A DNA stretch of 64,000 nucleotides from an uncultured Cytophagales bacterium. Its GTDB lineage: Bacteria > Bacteroidota > Bacteroidia > Cytophagales > Bernardetiaceae. A program made the position numbers and the translations under genes. The stretch covers positions 925,579 through 989,578 of the forward strand of contig CAVRCG010000004.1 of the NCBI GenBank assembly GCA_963719525.1, read 5' to 3'. Below the pieces are notes generated by a model, which saw nothing but the letters and a program-made list of their open reading frames with translations, was not told where the DNA came from and did not search any database. Positions 1 to 9,509 of this stretch are shown here, piece after piece. The number at the start of each line of letters is the position of its first letter. The stretch's first letter is position 1.

Positions 1-174
1 TGAAACCCATAGCGAAATACGCCGTTAGCATTTTAACACCGAACGAGAAACACGGACGGCACAAACAATAAACATTAACTAACTAACAAATATGTAATAT
101 TTATTTAAAAGTAATATTTTTTATTTATTTTTATTTACTCTATTTTTCCAAACTACTCCAAATCTCAATTTATT

Positions 175-783
175 ATGAACACACTTAATTTAATCAGCAA
201 ATCAGCTTTAGCTTTCGTTTTCGCTATTACTCTATCTTTTACTTCTATCACTACTTCTGCAACTCCTTTGGGCGAAGATGATATAATTGCCACCGTTGAG
301 GCAGTACCAAATAGCATTAAATTTCTTTTAAAATTTGAAAATGAAAAACAGGAAAATATAAAAGTCAAAATTTATAATTCAGATTTGAAACTTGTACATT
401 CGGAATCGGTAGGCAAAAAAGTTCAAATTCAACGTATGTATAATATGAGTAAACTTGGCGAAGGAACTTATACAGTTTTGATAGAAGGAAAAACATACAA
501 TGAAAAGAGAACTGTTGTTTTGAAAAAGGCTTTAAAAAATGATTTTATAGCTGTTTTTTCTCCAGAAGCAACTAATGACAAAGTTTTTGCATCTGTAGAA
601 AACAACAAAGGAACTGTAAAACTAACGCTTACAAATTTGGAAGGACGTATTTTGTATGAAGAAACTATAAATGAAGAAAGCAAAGAACGAACACTAAATC
701 TTACAGACTTAAAAAAAGGAACCTATTTTTTACAAATTATTGGGCAAGACAAAACGAGTTACCAAACTTATTATATCAACTAA
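175..783 (+). CDS. secreted protein with putative T9SS (Por) C-terminal sorting domain
   Basis: N-terminal signal peptide (MNTLNLISKSALAFVFAITLSFTSITTSA); beta-rich C-terminal ~80 aa ending ...GTYFLQIIGQDKTSYQTYYIN typical of Bacteroidetes T9SS CTDs. Confidence 0.5.
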   Translation: MNTLNLISKSALAFVFAITLSFTSITTSATPLGEDDIIATVEAVPNSIKFLLKFENEKQENIKVKIYNSDLKLVHSESVGKKVQIQRMYNMSKLGEGTYTVLIEGKTYNEKRTVVLKKALKNDFIAVFSPEATNDKVFASVENNKGTVKLTLTNLEGRILYEETINEESKERTLNLTDLKKGTYFLQIIGQDKTSYQTYYIN

Positions 784-815
784 TTTAACTAACGATCTCT
801 TCATGAAAACAAACA

Positions 816-841
816 GCAACTTCTTTGAGGTTGCTTTTTTT
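816..841 (+). terminator. rho-independent terminator hairpin (gcaacttctttgaggttgc + T7)
   Basis: perfect 5-bp stem/9-nt loop followed by T-run, 33 bp after stop of 175..783. Confidence 0.5.
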
Positions 842-847
842 ATGTAG

Positions 848-1010
848 GTTAATCGCACCAAAAAACGAGGATTTTTGTAATTGTCAATGAATTTTAGCTG
901 CGTAGCTGCGTAATGTTGATATTTCTTATCTTCTTCAAAAACCAAATCACGACATTGCGCAGCTACGCAGCTTAAATCTCAAAAACGTCTAAATTAGATG
1001 CGATTAACTT
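848..1010. repeat. nested inverted-repeat (palindromic) element between convergent genes
   Basis: outer arms ggttaatcgcacc (848-860) / gatgcgattaac (999-1010); inner 20-bp arms agctgcgtagctgcgtaatg (896-915) / cattgcgcagctacgcagct (954-973), 1 mismatch. Confidence 0.6.
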
Positions 1011-1028
1011 ATTTTTATGAACAATTTT

Positions 1029-2675
1029 TTACATCTTTATTAGTTTTGAGTAATCAATTTTCGAATAATGACGTTTGTCTTTTGGTATATTTTTGATAAA
1101 AGTGAACTCTTCTATTTCTGAAAAATTATTTTTTAGTTTTTTGTAAATGACTTTCTCAGAATCATTGTTTTGAAACTTCTTTTTTAATTCTAAAACCAAA
1201 ACAAGGTTTTTATTTTTCAAAATAAGCGTTCCATTTTCTACTTCACTTATCGCAGTAAGAATATTTTCATAATAAAATGGAGAGTAAATCTGGTTATTTT
1301 TATAGATTAAAGAATTACATCTTCCTGTCAAAAACAAATTATTCTCGTTATCCAAGAAACCACTATCGCCTGTTCTGTGCCAGCAAATTCCATTGACAAA
1401 GATTTTATTTTTCAAAAGAACTTGTTTTGATTGTTCGATGTTTTCTGTATTGTTTTCATCAAAATAATACTGATCCAAAACGTGTAAGCCACTTACTATT
1501 ATTTCTCCAATCTCGTTTTTAGATTTAGTAATTTGATTTAATTCTTCTTCATCTTTGCAAAAAATAATATCAGTATCAGTTTTGATTAAGTCAAAATTTA
1601 TATCAATGATTTTCACATTTGTTTTGTGATACGGTTTTCCTACAAAAAGTCCTTTTGAGTTATCATTTTCCTTTGTTTTTGCTTTAAATTCTGTTGTAGA
1701 AACTACACTAATTGGTTCTGCTTCTGTTGAGCCATAGACAATTTTGATTGTAGAATCCTTAAAAACACGTTCAAAATATTCTACATCAGACTTGAAAACA
1801 GGTGCGCCACCAACAAAAATTTCTTTTAATGAAGAAAAATCTGTTGTATTAATGTTACCTTTTCTAGTTTTTTTAGCTTGATTTTCAATGAAATTACCTA
1901 ATGTTTTTACGAAAAAAGGAGAACCAACAAGTCTATCAATTTTATAATTTTTGATTTGAGATAGAATTTTTTGAGGTTTTATTTTCTCAATTTTTTTAAA
2001 ATCTGCAATCACAGAAGTACTTCCAATTCCCAAATTTAGAAGCAAAACGATAGGTAAAGTAGTGAGTTCGATTTTATAGTTTTTGCTGTCTTCAATTTGA
2101 TTATTATTCAAGACATCAGAAAGTGCTAAAAATTGTTCATTCAAAAAATTATGTGTTCTCTTTGCAGCTTTCGGAACTCCTGTACTTCCTGTCGTGAAAG
2201 TTATTAAAGCTGTTAGAGAAGAATTAGTAGAATAGAGACTATCAAATTTTTTATTCTTACTATTACCTTCAAATTTATCAAAATCTATTTTTACCTTCAA
2301 ACGAATAGGAATTTTACGAATCTGCTTAGAAAATAGAAGCAGTAATTTTGACTTCCAAACACCAATAAAACCTTTACAATTAGCAATTTTAGCGCAATTT
2401 TCTAATTTTTTTCTATCCAAAAATTGGTCTAAAAAAACGGCTGTTGCACCGATATAAAAAAGAGAAAGCACATTTACATACAAATCAACACTTATCGGAA
2501 CAAAAACCAAAACTCTATCTCCTTCTTTTATGTTTATTTCGTGAAAGTAAAGAGATGTTGCTGTTACTCGTTTTTTTAATTCTTTAAAAGTTATGGACTG
2601 ATTTTTATGAACAATAGCTATTCTATTGGGAAATTCTTTAGCAGAATTAAGAAAGTAATGACAAATATTTTCCAT
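1029..2675 (-). CDS. AMP-binding enzyme (acyl-CoA synthetase / adenylate-forming family)
   Basis: 548 aa; AMP-binding core motif TFTTGSTGVPKAAKRTH (T[SG]GSTGxPK) and C-terminal YRTGD-like HRTGDSG motif. Confidence 0.8.
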   Translation of the reverse strand: MENICHYFLNSAKEFPNRIAIVHKNQSITFKELKKRVTATSLYFHEINIKEGDRVLVFVPISVDLYVNVLSLFYIGATAVFLDQFLDRKKLENCAKIANCKGFIGVWKSKLLLLFSKQIRKIPIRLKVKIDFDKFEGNSKNKKFDSLYSTNSSLTALITFTTGSTGVPKAAKRTHNFLNEQFLALSDVLNNNQIEDSKNYKIELTTLPIVLLLNLGIGSTSVIADFKKIEKIKPQKILSQIKNYKIDRLVGSPFFVKTLGNFIENQAKKTRKGNINTTDFSSLKEIFVGGAPVFKSDVEYFERVFKDSTIKIVYGSTEAEPISVVSTTEFKAKTKENDNSKGLFVGKPYHKTNVKIIDINFDLIKTDTDIIFCKDEEELNQITKSKNEIGEIIVSGLHVLDQYYFDENNTENIEQSKQVLLKNKIFVNGICWHRTGDSGFLDNENNLFLTGRCNSLIYKNNQIYSPFYYENILTAISEVENGTLILKNKNLVLVLELKKKFQNNDSEKVIYKKLKNNFSEIEEFTFIKNIPKDKRHYSKIDYSKLIKM

Positions 2676-2745
2676 TTTTGTAATTCTATTTTTTTTCGCA
2701 CCTTAAAAGGTTCGGTATATTTTATCATTCTAAATTACTCAAAAA

Positions 2746-3006
2746 ATGACAGTTTCCGTAGAAGTTAGTGTTTATCCACTTACAGAAAATTACAAACCAA
2801 CCGTTAAAGCATTTATCAAACTACTCTCCGAAAATGAAAACCTACAAATAAAAGTAAATGGAATTAGTACACAAATATTTGGGCAGCTAAATGAAGTTAT
2901 GCCAAGCCTAGAAAAAGCCATTCAATCATGTTTCGAAACTCAAAAAGCGTCTGTCGTAATAAAGTTTCTAGGAACAGATTTAAGTGAATATGAATATAAA
3001 GGGTAG
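2746..3006 (+). CDS. MTH1187/YkoF-like small thiamine-binding-fold protein (DUF77-like)
   Basis: 86 aa, MTVSVEVSVYPL... N-terminus and overall length typical of the MTH1187 family; weak. Confidence 0.4.
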   Translation: MTVSVEVSVYPLTENYKPTVKAFIKLLSENENLQIKVNGISTQIFGQLNEVMPSLEKAIQSCFETQKASVVIKFLGTDLSEYEYKG

Positions 3007-3046
3007 GAATTAGGAAATGAAAATGGGAAGCAGGAAACAAAAAAGC

Positions 3047-3078
3047 CTTCACTTTTACAAGTGAAAGCTTTTTTTTGA
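3047..3078 (+). terminator. rho-independent terminator (cttcacttttacaagtgaaag + T8)
   Basis: 8-bp stem then T-run immediately downstream of 2746..3006. Confidence 0.5.
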
Positions 3079-3085
3079 GAATAGC

Positions 3086-3121
3086 ATTCTCTCGCCGTTG
3101 TTGGTGTCCCACCACCGACGT
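3086..3121. repeat. REP-like palindromic repeat (family 1: cattctctcgcc-gttgttggtgtccc-accaccgacg)
   Basis: GC-rich hairpin motif in AT-rich intergenic DNA; related copies at 12087, 12250, 26041. Confidence 0.55.
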
Positions 3122-3128
3122 ATAACTT

Positions 3129-3956
3129 TTAGAAAAATACCGTACAATCAGGCTGCTTTTTCTGCAACAAATTTGCTGTCGTTTCTGTAACCCTTGTGTT
3201 TTCACAATAGACGATAGATAGCATACTTGCTTTACTAAGAGGAGTAAGGTCTGCTACTTCTGTTTTCGCAAAAACCACTTCTCTGAGCTTAAGGAGATTG
3301 GAAAGGGGACTAATACTTGAAACTTTGGTTTCTGAAAAAGTAAGTTCACCCAAATTCTCAAGGTCTTTCAAAGGAGCAAGACTAGCTACCTTTGTGCGAG
3401 CCATATAAAGTACTTCCAATGATTTGATATATTTTAAGGGAAAGATATTACTAACAGGAGTATTCGAAAAATCCAAAACTCTGAGTTTGCGCATTCCACT
3501 AAGAGGAGCAAGATTTGAAATCCGAGTATCATAACAATCCAGACGGCTAAGTCCTGTCATGGAACGCAAAGGCTCTAAATCACTTATGCCTGTTCCAGAA
3601 CAATCTAATTCTTTGAGCCCTACAATGTTCCTTAACGGGTCTAGAGAGTTAATACCAGAATTACCATCACACCAGAGAACTTTCAAATTTTTCAAACTTG
3701 CTAAAGGTTCTAATGTACTTAATCCACTTTCTTTACAATCTAGTTTTTCAGCTGCATAAATTTTGCTTAACTCAGCAGTTGAGGGAGAAGCACTAATACC
3801 AAACTTGGTCATAAAAACATTTTTCCAGTTTTTGTCTAATGAGTTCCACCAACTTGTTGAAAGTTGTGCGTTTGCTTGTGTAGTCATGAAGAAATATAGA
3901 CCACAAAAAATGCTTATACGAAATAAAGAAAGCAATTTTTTCATAAATAATTTCAT
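3129..3956 (-). CDS. leucine-rich-repeat (LRR) secreted protein
   Basis: signal peptide MKLFMKKLLSLFRISIFCGLYFFMTTQANA; ~10 tandem 22-aa LRR units (LxxLxxLxxLDCSxTxISDLxPL). Confidence 0.75.
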   Translation of the reverse strand: MKLFMKKLLSLFRISIFCGLYFFMTTQANAQLSTSWWNSLDKNWKNVFMTKFGISASPSTAELSKIYAAEKLDCKESGLSTLEPLASLKNLKVLWCDGNSGINSLDPLRNIVGLKELDCSGTGISDLEPLRSMTGLSRLDCYDTRISNLAPLSGMRKLRVLDFSNTPVSNIFPLKYIKSLEVLYMARTKVASLAPLKDLENLGELTFSETKVSSISPLSNLLKLREVVFAKTEVADLTPLSKASMLSIVYCENTRVTETTANLLQKKQPDCTVFF

Positions 3957-4317
3957 TTTAAAATTCTTAAAAAGGAGTGAATAAAGTTGTTACATACAAC
4001 TGAAATAAATTTGTAGCATAAATAATAAGAATGAAAATGAAATTAAACTATCTAATAATTTATCTTTACCTATTGTCTAATCAAATTCAATTCTAAATTT
4101 CATATATTTCAAAATAGCATTCTATAAGGCTACTTATCAACTATATTCTTATTCTGCAATTATTATGCAAAAAGATATTTTTGAGAATATTACGTCTTAG
4201 AAAGTGAGGGTAATTGAAAAGGATAGCCTAATTTCATCTATCTCTTTCTCTATTCTTTATTTGCTTTTTCATATTTTCCTCTCGTTAGTCGGTACTGAAT
4301 TACATCCAATTAAAATG

Positions 4318-4457
4318 AAACCCACGAATTTATTCGTGGAAGCTACCACCACCTTCTTCATTTTTTTGTTTCTACTCTATTCTAAAATAAAAGGAGTAAT
4401 TTTAATAAAACGGAAAAGTAGATTCATGTAAAAAGTAGTGATTACTTTCGTGGGTTT
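4318..4457. repeat. ~140-bp element bounded by perfect 11-bp inverted repeats (aaacccacgaa / ttcgtgggttt) with internal hairpin
   Basis: IR arms at 4318-4328 and 4447-4457; internal hairpin ccacgaat-tt-attcgtgg at 4322-4339; lies in a 730-bp gene-free AT-rich region. Confidence 0.4.
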
Positions 4458-4692
4458 GGTCTAAACTTCTCTAAACTTTGATGTTGCGTAACGTCAGAAA
4501 ATAACTAACAATATGAGTAACATTCTAGAATTGGAAATATTACTACCAAGTTTTATTCTGTGCAATCGTCTTTTTTCCATAAAATAGGATTTACAAACCT
4601 TATTTTATGAAAAAAGCAAACTATTATTTTGACAAAAACAAGTTCATATACGGAATTTGGAAAATGTTACTCCTACTGAACTAAACTCTAAA

Positions 4693-5136
4693 TTAATGAG
4701 GAATCAATGTTTTCTCTACTTTCATATGAGGAATTCCTATTTCTGTAAACTCTTTTCCCTGTTTTATATAGTTCATGCTTTCATAAAAACCCATAGCTGT
4801 CTGTCTTACGTGTGCTTCAATAAGTGCATACCCTTTTGACTGCGCAAAATTTTCAGCAAATTCAATTAATTCCTTTCCAATTCCTCTGCCTTGCCAATCT
4901 TCCGAAACTACTACTTGTCGCATCTTGAGTTTGGTAGTTGATAAAGGGACAAACATAGCTGTACCAACTATATTATGGTTTTCGTCGTAGGCTGCAATGT
5001 GATAACTATTATTTTCTAATTCTAGCTCTTCAGCAGAAAAACGCATTCCTAAAGGTTGGCGCAAAACCAATTCTCTCAAATGAACAGTATCCCAGTAATC
5101 TTTTGTATTGTGTTCGATGACTCTAAATTCTAACAT
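4693..5136 (-). CDS. GNAT family N-acetyltransferase
   Basis: 147 aa; acetyl-CoA binding motif RQVVVSEDWQGRGIGKELI (Q/RxxGxG/A). Confidence 0.85.
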   Translation of the reverse strand: MLEFRVIEHNTKDYWDTVHLRELVLRQPLGMRFSAEELELENNSYHIAAYDENHNIVGTAMFVPLSTTKLKMRQVVVSEDWQGRGIGKELIEFAENFAQSKGYALIEAHVRQTAMGFYESMNYIKQGKEFTEIGIPHMKVEKTLIPH

Positions 5137-5370
5137 AAAAAGGTAAGTTTGTTTTATTATTTTGTATTCTATACTTTATAATTATTAGAAACAAGATAAC
5201 ATTTTTCTAACGTTATTTTGCAACTGCATAATGGTAAAACTAATTATAAAACTAATTTTTCTGAAAATAGTTGCTATCTTTTTAGAGTAATTTAGTAGTT
5301 TTGGTATTTGATTTACTAAAAGTACAATCTGAATTAAAAATCATTCAACTTCATTTAAAAAACAGAAATT

Positions 5371-5928
5371 ATGCAAGAGGAAATCAATATGTATCTTGAT
5401 GATGCAAAAGAACAAATGGAAAAAGCTGTTAAACATACTCTTTCGGAGTTTACCAAAATTCGTGCAGGTAAGCCAACTGCTTCTATGTTTGATGGTATTA
5501 TGGTAGAGTATTATGGAGCAAATACGCCACTTTCTCAAGTAGCCAATATTTCTATTCCAGACGTAAAAACAGTACTAATCAAGCCTTGGGAAAAAAGTAT
5601 GGTAGCCGAAATTACTCGTGCCATTCGTGATAGTAATTTAGGCTTTAATCCAATGGGAGAAGCTGATGCTGTGCGTATAAACATTCCTGCTCTTTCAGGA
5701 GAACGTCGTCAAGAACTCGTAAAACGTGCTAAAAATGAAGCTGAAGAGGGAAAAATAGGAATTCGTAATGCTCGCAAGAACACAAATAATTCTTTACGTG
5801 CCATCGATGGCGCACCTGAAGATATGATAAAAGGGGCAGAAAATAAAGTTCAAACTCTAACAGATGATTATACTAAAAAAATTGATGAGCTTTTAGAAAT
5901 AAAAGAAAAAGACATCACAACAGTTTAA
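5371..5928 (+). CDS. frr: ribosome recycling factor
   Basis: 185 aa; full-length similarity to RRF (…FTKIRAGKPTASMFDGIMVEYYGANTPLSQVANISIPD…RRQELVKRAKNEAEEGKIGIRNARK…). Confidence 0.9.
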   Translation: MQEEINMYLDDAKEQMEKAVKHTLSEFTKIRAGKPTASMFDGIMVEYYGANTPLSQVANISIPDVKTVLIKPWEKSMVAEITRAIRDSNLGFNPMGEADAVRINIPALSGERRQELVKRAKNEAEEGKIGIRNARKNTNNSLRAIDGAPEDMIKGAENKVQTLTDDYTKKIDELLEIKEKDITTV

Positions 5929-6012
5929 TAAGTATGAAGTTTTAATTTTAGAATGAGATACAGAATTAAGAATCTATCTATTTTGTATCTCTTCCATGTA
6001 AAAGCTTGATCT

Positions 6013-6056
6013 AAAAGCCTTGTCTAAATTTATTAGATAAGGCTTTTCTATTTTTG
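6013..6056 (+). terminator. rho-independent terminator after frr
   Basis: aaaagccttgtct...agataaggctttt stem (1 mismatch) followed by T-run. Confidence 0.5.
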
Positions 6057-6209
6057 TTGCTTAATTTCTCTTTACCTACCATTTTGTTAAACATATTTTT
6101 TGATTAAACTAAAAATCATTTTATCTTTAATCCTTCAAAAGTATTTCTAAAAACAGTATTTCCTCATTTTTATTTTCCATTTCCCATTTCATAATTCCCA
6201 TTCCCCGCA

Positions 6210-6980
6210 ATGTACACCAACTACGAAGTCAAAAACAGAATTGCTTTTATTACGCTCAATCGTCCAGAAAAACGAAATGCTTTTAGTGATGAATTGGTAG
6301 AAGAACTAAAAACTAACTTTTCGAAAGCAGAAAACGACCAAAATGTAAAAGTAATAGTTTTGAAAGCAGCAGGTAATGTTTTTTGTGCAGGTGCAGATTT
6401 GGGATATTTACAGACATTACAGACAAATTCCTATCAAGAAAATTTAGGAGATTCTTCTTCGTTGAAAGATTTGTACGAGCAGATTTATATGCTCTCTAAA
6501 CCTACCGTGGCACAAGTACAAGGTCATGCGCTTGCTGGTGGTTGTGGTTTGGTATCGGTTTGTGATTTTGTTTTTTCTGTTCCGAAGGCAAAATATGGTT
6601 ATACAGAAGTCAAGATTGGCTTTGTTCCTGCGATTGTGATGTATTTTCTGATTCGCAAAATTGGAGAAGCTCGTGCAAGACATTTACTTATTTCTGGAAA
6701 TCTTATCAAAGCCGAAAAAGCAGAACAGTACGGAATTGTTACCGAAATTGTAGAGGTAGAAAACTTAGAACAAACCGTTTTGGATTTTTGTCAAAATATC
6801 TGCGATACTAATTCTGGAGAAGCAATGAAACTGACAAAACAAGCGATTTTAGATGTGCAAGAAAAGACAATTCCTGATGCCCTTCGTTATGCAGCCGAAC
6901 TCAATGCAAAAGCAAGAATGACAGAAGATTGTAAAAAAGGAATTGGAGCATTTTTGAATAAAGAGAAAATTAGTTGGTAG
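6210..6980 (+). CDS. enoyl-CoA hydratase/isomerase (crotonase) family protein
   Basis: 256 aa; crotonase fold motifs (…LNRPEKRNAF…AAGNVFCAGADL…GHALAGGCGL…). Confidence 0.85.
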   Translation: MYTNYEVKNRIAFITLNRPEKRNAFSDELVEELKTNFSKAENDQNVKVIVLKAAGNVFCAGADLGYLQTLQTNSYQENLGDSSSLKDLYEQIYMLSKPTVAQVQGHALAGGCGLVSVCDFVFSVPKAKYGYTEVKIGFVPAIVMYFLIRKIGEARARHLLISGNLIKAEKAEQYGIVTEIVEVENLEQTVLDFCQNICDTNSGEAMKLTKQAILDVQEKTIPDALRYAAELNAKARMTEDCKKGIGAFLNKEKISW

Positions 6981-7102
6981 ATTGTTATGTAGTAAACCCT
7001 TTATAGTATTGATATAAAATTATATTCGTACTTTTCAAATGTATAAATTAGTCTTCTATATTATCTCAAGTGCAATAATTGAATTTATCAAAACGAATTA
7101 TT

Positions 7103-9340
7103 TTACTCAAAAAACGGAAAAACATGTTCACTCATAAACTTATAAAGTTCTTTTTTCTTTTTCTTCGAGTGTAGTTTTTCTATCTGACTTTGATAATCTC
7201 TTCTAATATTTACTTGATAATCAGACTTTCTTTTTTCTAAATAAGGAATCCAAGCCGAATGCAACGTAAAAAAATAGATAAGTGAAGGATGATGCAAAAC
7301 ACAAACAGCTCCTTTCTGCAAATCAGCAGCATCAAAAATCCAAACTTCACGCTGATAATCTACATTTGGTTTTGTTCCTTTGCCATTTACCATCATACAA
7401 AAAATATAACCATCAGTAGAAGAGATAGTTTCTTTGTCCAAGTTTGCTTTGGTATGTTTGCGTGGCATAAATTGTAGAGAACGAATTTCATAATTTTTAG
7501 GAAATTCATAGAAATCTACTAATTCCATTTTTTCTGTATCCAAACAAGTAATGGTAGCAGGAATTTCTTGTAACGTATAATTTTCTATGTCTTTTATAGG
7601 AACAATTCTATTAGGATAATTTTTATACGAATTATAGACAAAACGAGTAAGTCGTTGATGCTCAATTCCAGAACATTGCCAATAGATATGTTTTATTTTA
7701 GTATGGGGAATAGACTCAGAAATAATATCTCTACATGTATATAAACCTACACCCCACGTATGCGCACCTACTTTTTGATTTGAATTTGTGCTTTCTTTAG
7801 CTTCCATATTTCCAATATTGTGGTATAATTTTGTATGTATAAACTTTTCATTTTCTACATCAATCACAAATTTTCCCATTCTAGACACATCCATTCCTCC
7901 AACTGCTAATATACCTTCTGTTTTTTCTTCTATATCTGTATCTTTTGGGAAGTTTAGAATTTTATCATAATAGCGAACCCATTCAGACAAACATGCGCCT
8001 GCATTGTTGGCTGTATAAAAAGTTATTTGTCCATTTGGATTTTCATAATTAGTTGTGAAATGTATCGTTTCGATAGGAATATGAAATTGTTTTACTTTTA
8101 CTATATCTGCATCTTCTATCAAATCTTGTCTTCTAACCACATACATTTTGGTATAAGGAAGCTGTTTACTAGCGACAAGTTCACGCAAAATTTTATTAAG
8201 ATTTTGATTTTGAGGAAATGGGTTGTTCATCAGAACATCTAAACCTACCTTAAAAGAAGCATCAATAAGTAAAATATAGTCTTGACTTAAACTGGTCTGG
8301 TGCATACATTGAAGAATATTAATCGGTTTTCCATCTTCTTGCACAAGTTTCCAAGTATGAACCAGTTCATCTCCTTCCCATTTCATAAGTTGTAAAATAG
8401 GTTCGGTGGCTGTTTTTATAGTGGTTAGGTTTTTGAATCTAGCTTTGATCCAAGAAGAAGTTTTTTGAAAAAAAGTAGTTTCTTGACTCTCTTGACTCTT
8501 TTGATTTTTTACGTTTTCTGCAATTTTCTTATTCTGATTAGAATCAACTCTACTATGAAGAGTAGTAAAATAGGTATAAATTTCATTTTTCGAAACTTCG
8601 TTGGCTCTCACAACTGCATGTTTGAAATGATTTTTGATAGAGTTTCGTTTCTGAATCAAACTTTCAATAATCTGAACTAGAGAAGTTACATTTTTTGCAC
8701 CTTTTATATAATTTACTGTGAAAAGTTCTTTTGTAATGGGATCAAAACTAGGATGCGCACTTGTCTGTTGAATAGGAAAAACCCATTCTATAAAAGGAAC
8801 ATTTTTAGCTTGCCATTGCTCATTTGTTCCGATAGGCGTAACAACTTCTAACGTATTTATATCAATTTCAAAAGGTCTGCCCAAATCAGAAGTAGCAAGT
8901 ATTCGAATACAATCATTATCTTTCGATTTGAAAGGGATTAGAGCTGTACTTAACAAATTTCTTGCTCCTAATTCGAAAGAAATACGAGCAATTCCCATAT
9001 TCGAAAAGCCATATTTTTTGTGTCTTACTGTTTTTTGTTTAGAAGCCAAATCGGCATAATAACAAGGAGGTTTTAGAAGAGCAGATTTGAGTTTTACTTT
9101 TCCTGTTTCATTAAAATCAAAACGAAATACCATTGCATTACCATTCAGTATAGGACTTCCATATTCTGAATTAGCTTTTCCATCATCTGTAGTTTTTGGA
9201 TAAGGAAGACCCTTAGAGTTGACAGACCCAACGGAAGAGTTTACAAACACATGTCCATAAATATCAGTTGGAATTTTGCCTTCTTTGATTAAAAGTTCAA
9301 TGTCTAACTCTTCGCTGGTTGCAGAAACTAATGGTAACAT
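7103..9340 (-). CDS. carotenoid oxygenase (RPE65/CCD) family protein, extended (745 aa)
   Basis: N-terminal region (…IPTDIYGHVFVNSSVG…NGNAMVFRFDFNETGKVKLKSALLKP…) parallels the CCD/ACO N-terminus (…G.LYRNGPG…FDGDGMV.AF.F…G.V.F.S.FV.T); C-terminal HHPS…H cluster; ~250 aa longer than typical CCDs. Confidence 0.45.
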   Translation of the reverse strand: MLPLVSATSEELDIELLIKEGKIPTDIYGHVFVNSSVGSVNSKGLPYPKTTDDGKANSEYGSPILNGNAMVFRFDFNETGKVKLKSALLKPPCYYADLASKQKTVRHKKYGFSNMGIARISFELGARNLLSTALIPFKSKDNDCIRILATSDLGRPFEIDINTLEVVTPIGTNEQWQAKNVPFIEWVFPIQQTSAHPSFDPITKELFTVNYIKGAKNVTSLVQIIESLIQKRNSIKNHFKHAVVRANEVSKNEIYTYFTTLHSRVDSNQNKKIAENVKNQKSQESQETTFFQKTSSWIKARFKNLTTIKTATEPILQLMKWEGDELVHTWKLVQEDGKPINILQCMHQTSLSQDYILLIDASFKVGLDVLMNNPFPQNQNLNKILRELVASKQLPYTKMYVVRRQDLIEDADIVKVKQFHIPIETIHFTTNYENPNGQITFYTANNAGACLSEWVRYYDKILNFPKDTDIEEKTEGILAVGGMDVSRMGKFVIDVENEKFIHTKLYHNIGNMEAKESTNSNQKVGAHTWGVGLYTCRDIISESIPHTKIKHIYWQCSGIEHQRLTRFVYNSYKNYPNRIVPIKDIENYTLQEIPATITCLDTEKMELVDFYEFPKNYEIRSLQFMPRKHTKANLDKETISSTDGYIFCMMVNGKGTKPNVDYQREVWIFDAADLQKGAVCVLHHPSLIYFFTLHSAWIPYLEKRKSDYQVNIRRDYQSQIEKLHSKKKKKELYKFMSEHVFPFFE

Positions 9341-9509
9341 AAATAATTTGAAAAAGATAGGTAAATCATTTTGGGTTCAGTTTCTATTAAGAAACTACGC
9401 ATGTAAAATACCAACTATTTTAGAACAAAAAAAGGAATTTGATAAAATTATATCAAACTCCTTTTCTATCAAACAGCTTCTCACTCTAAAGAGTGAGCTA
9501 CATTTCTGA

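Noticed and set aside
4204-4431. 75-aa ORF in the 730-bp gene-free region
   Set aside because: Low-complexity, hydrophobic/AT-driven translation (…FFIFLFLLYSKIKG…), spans the inverted-repeat element; more likely non-coding.
6444-6683. 79-aa minus-strand ORF inside the enoyl-CoA hydratase gene; similar antisense ORFs at 7289-7477, 7788-7970, 8027-8242, 10556-10856, 21233-21897, 37021-38229, 62066-62772
   Set aside because: Fully embedded antisense to well-supported long genes; low-complexity translations; typical spurious ORFs in AT-rich DNA.
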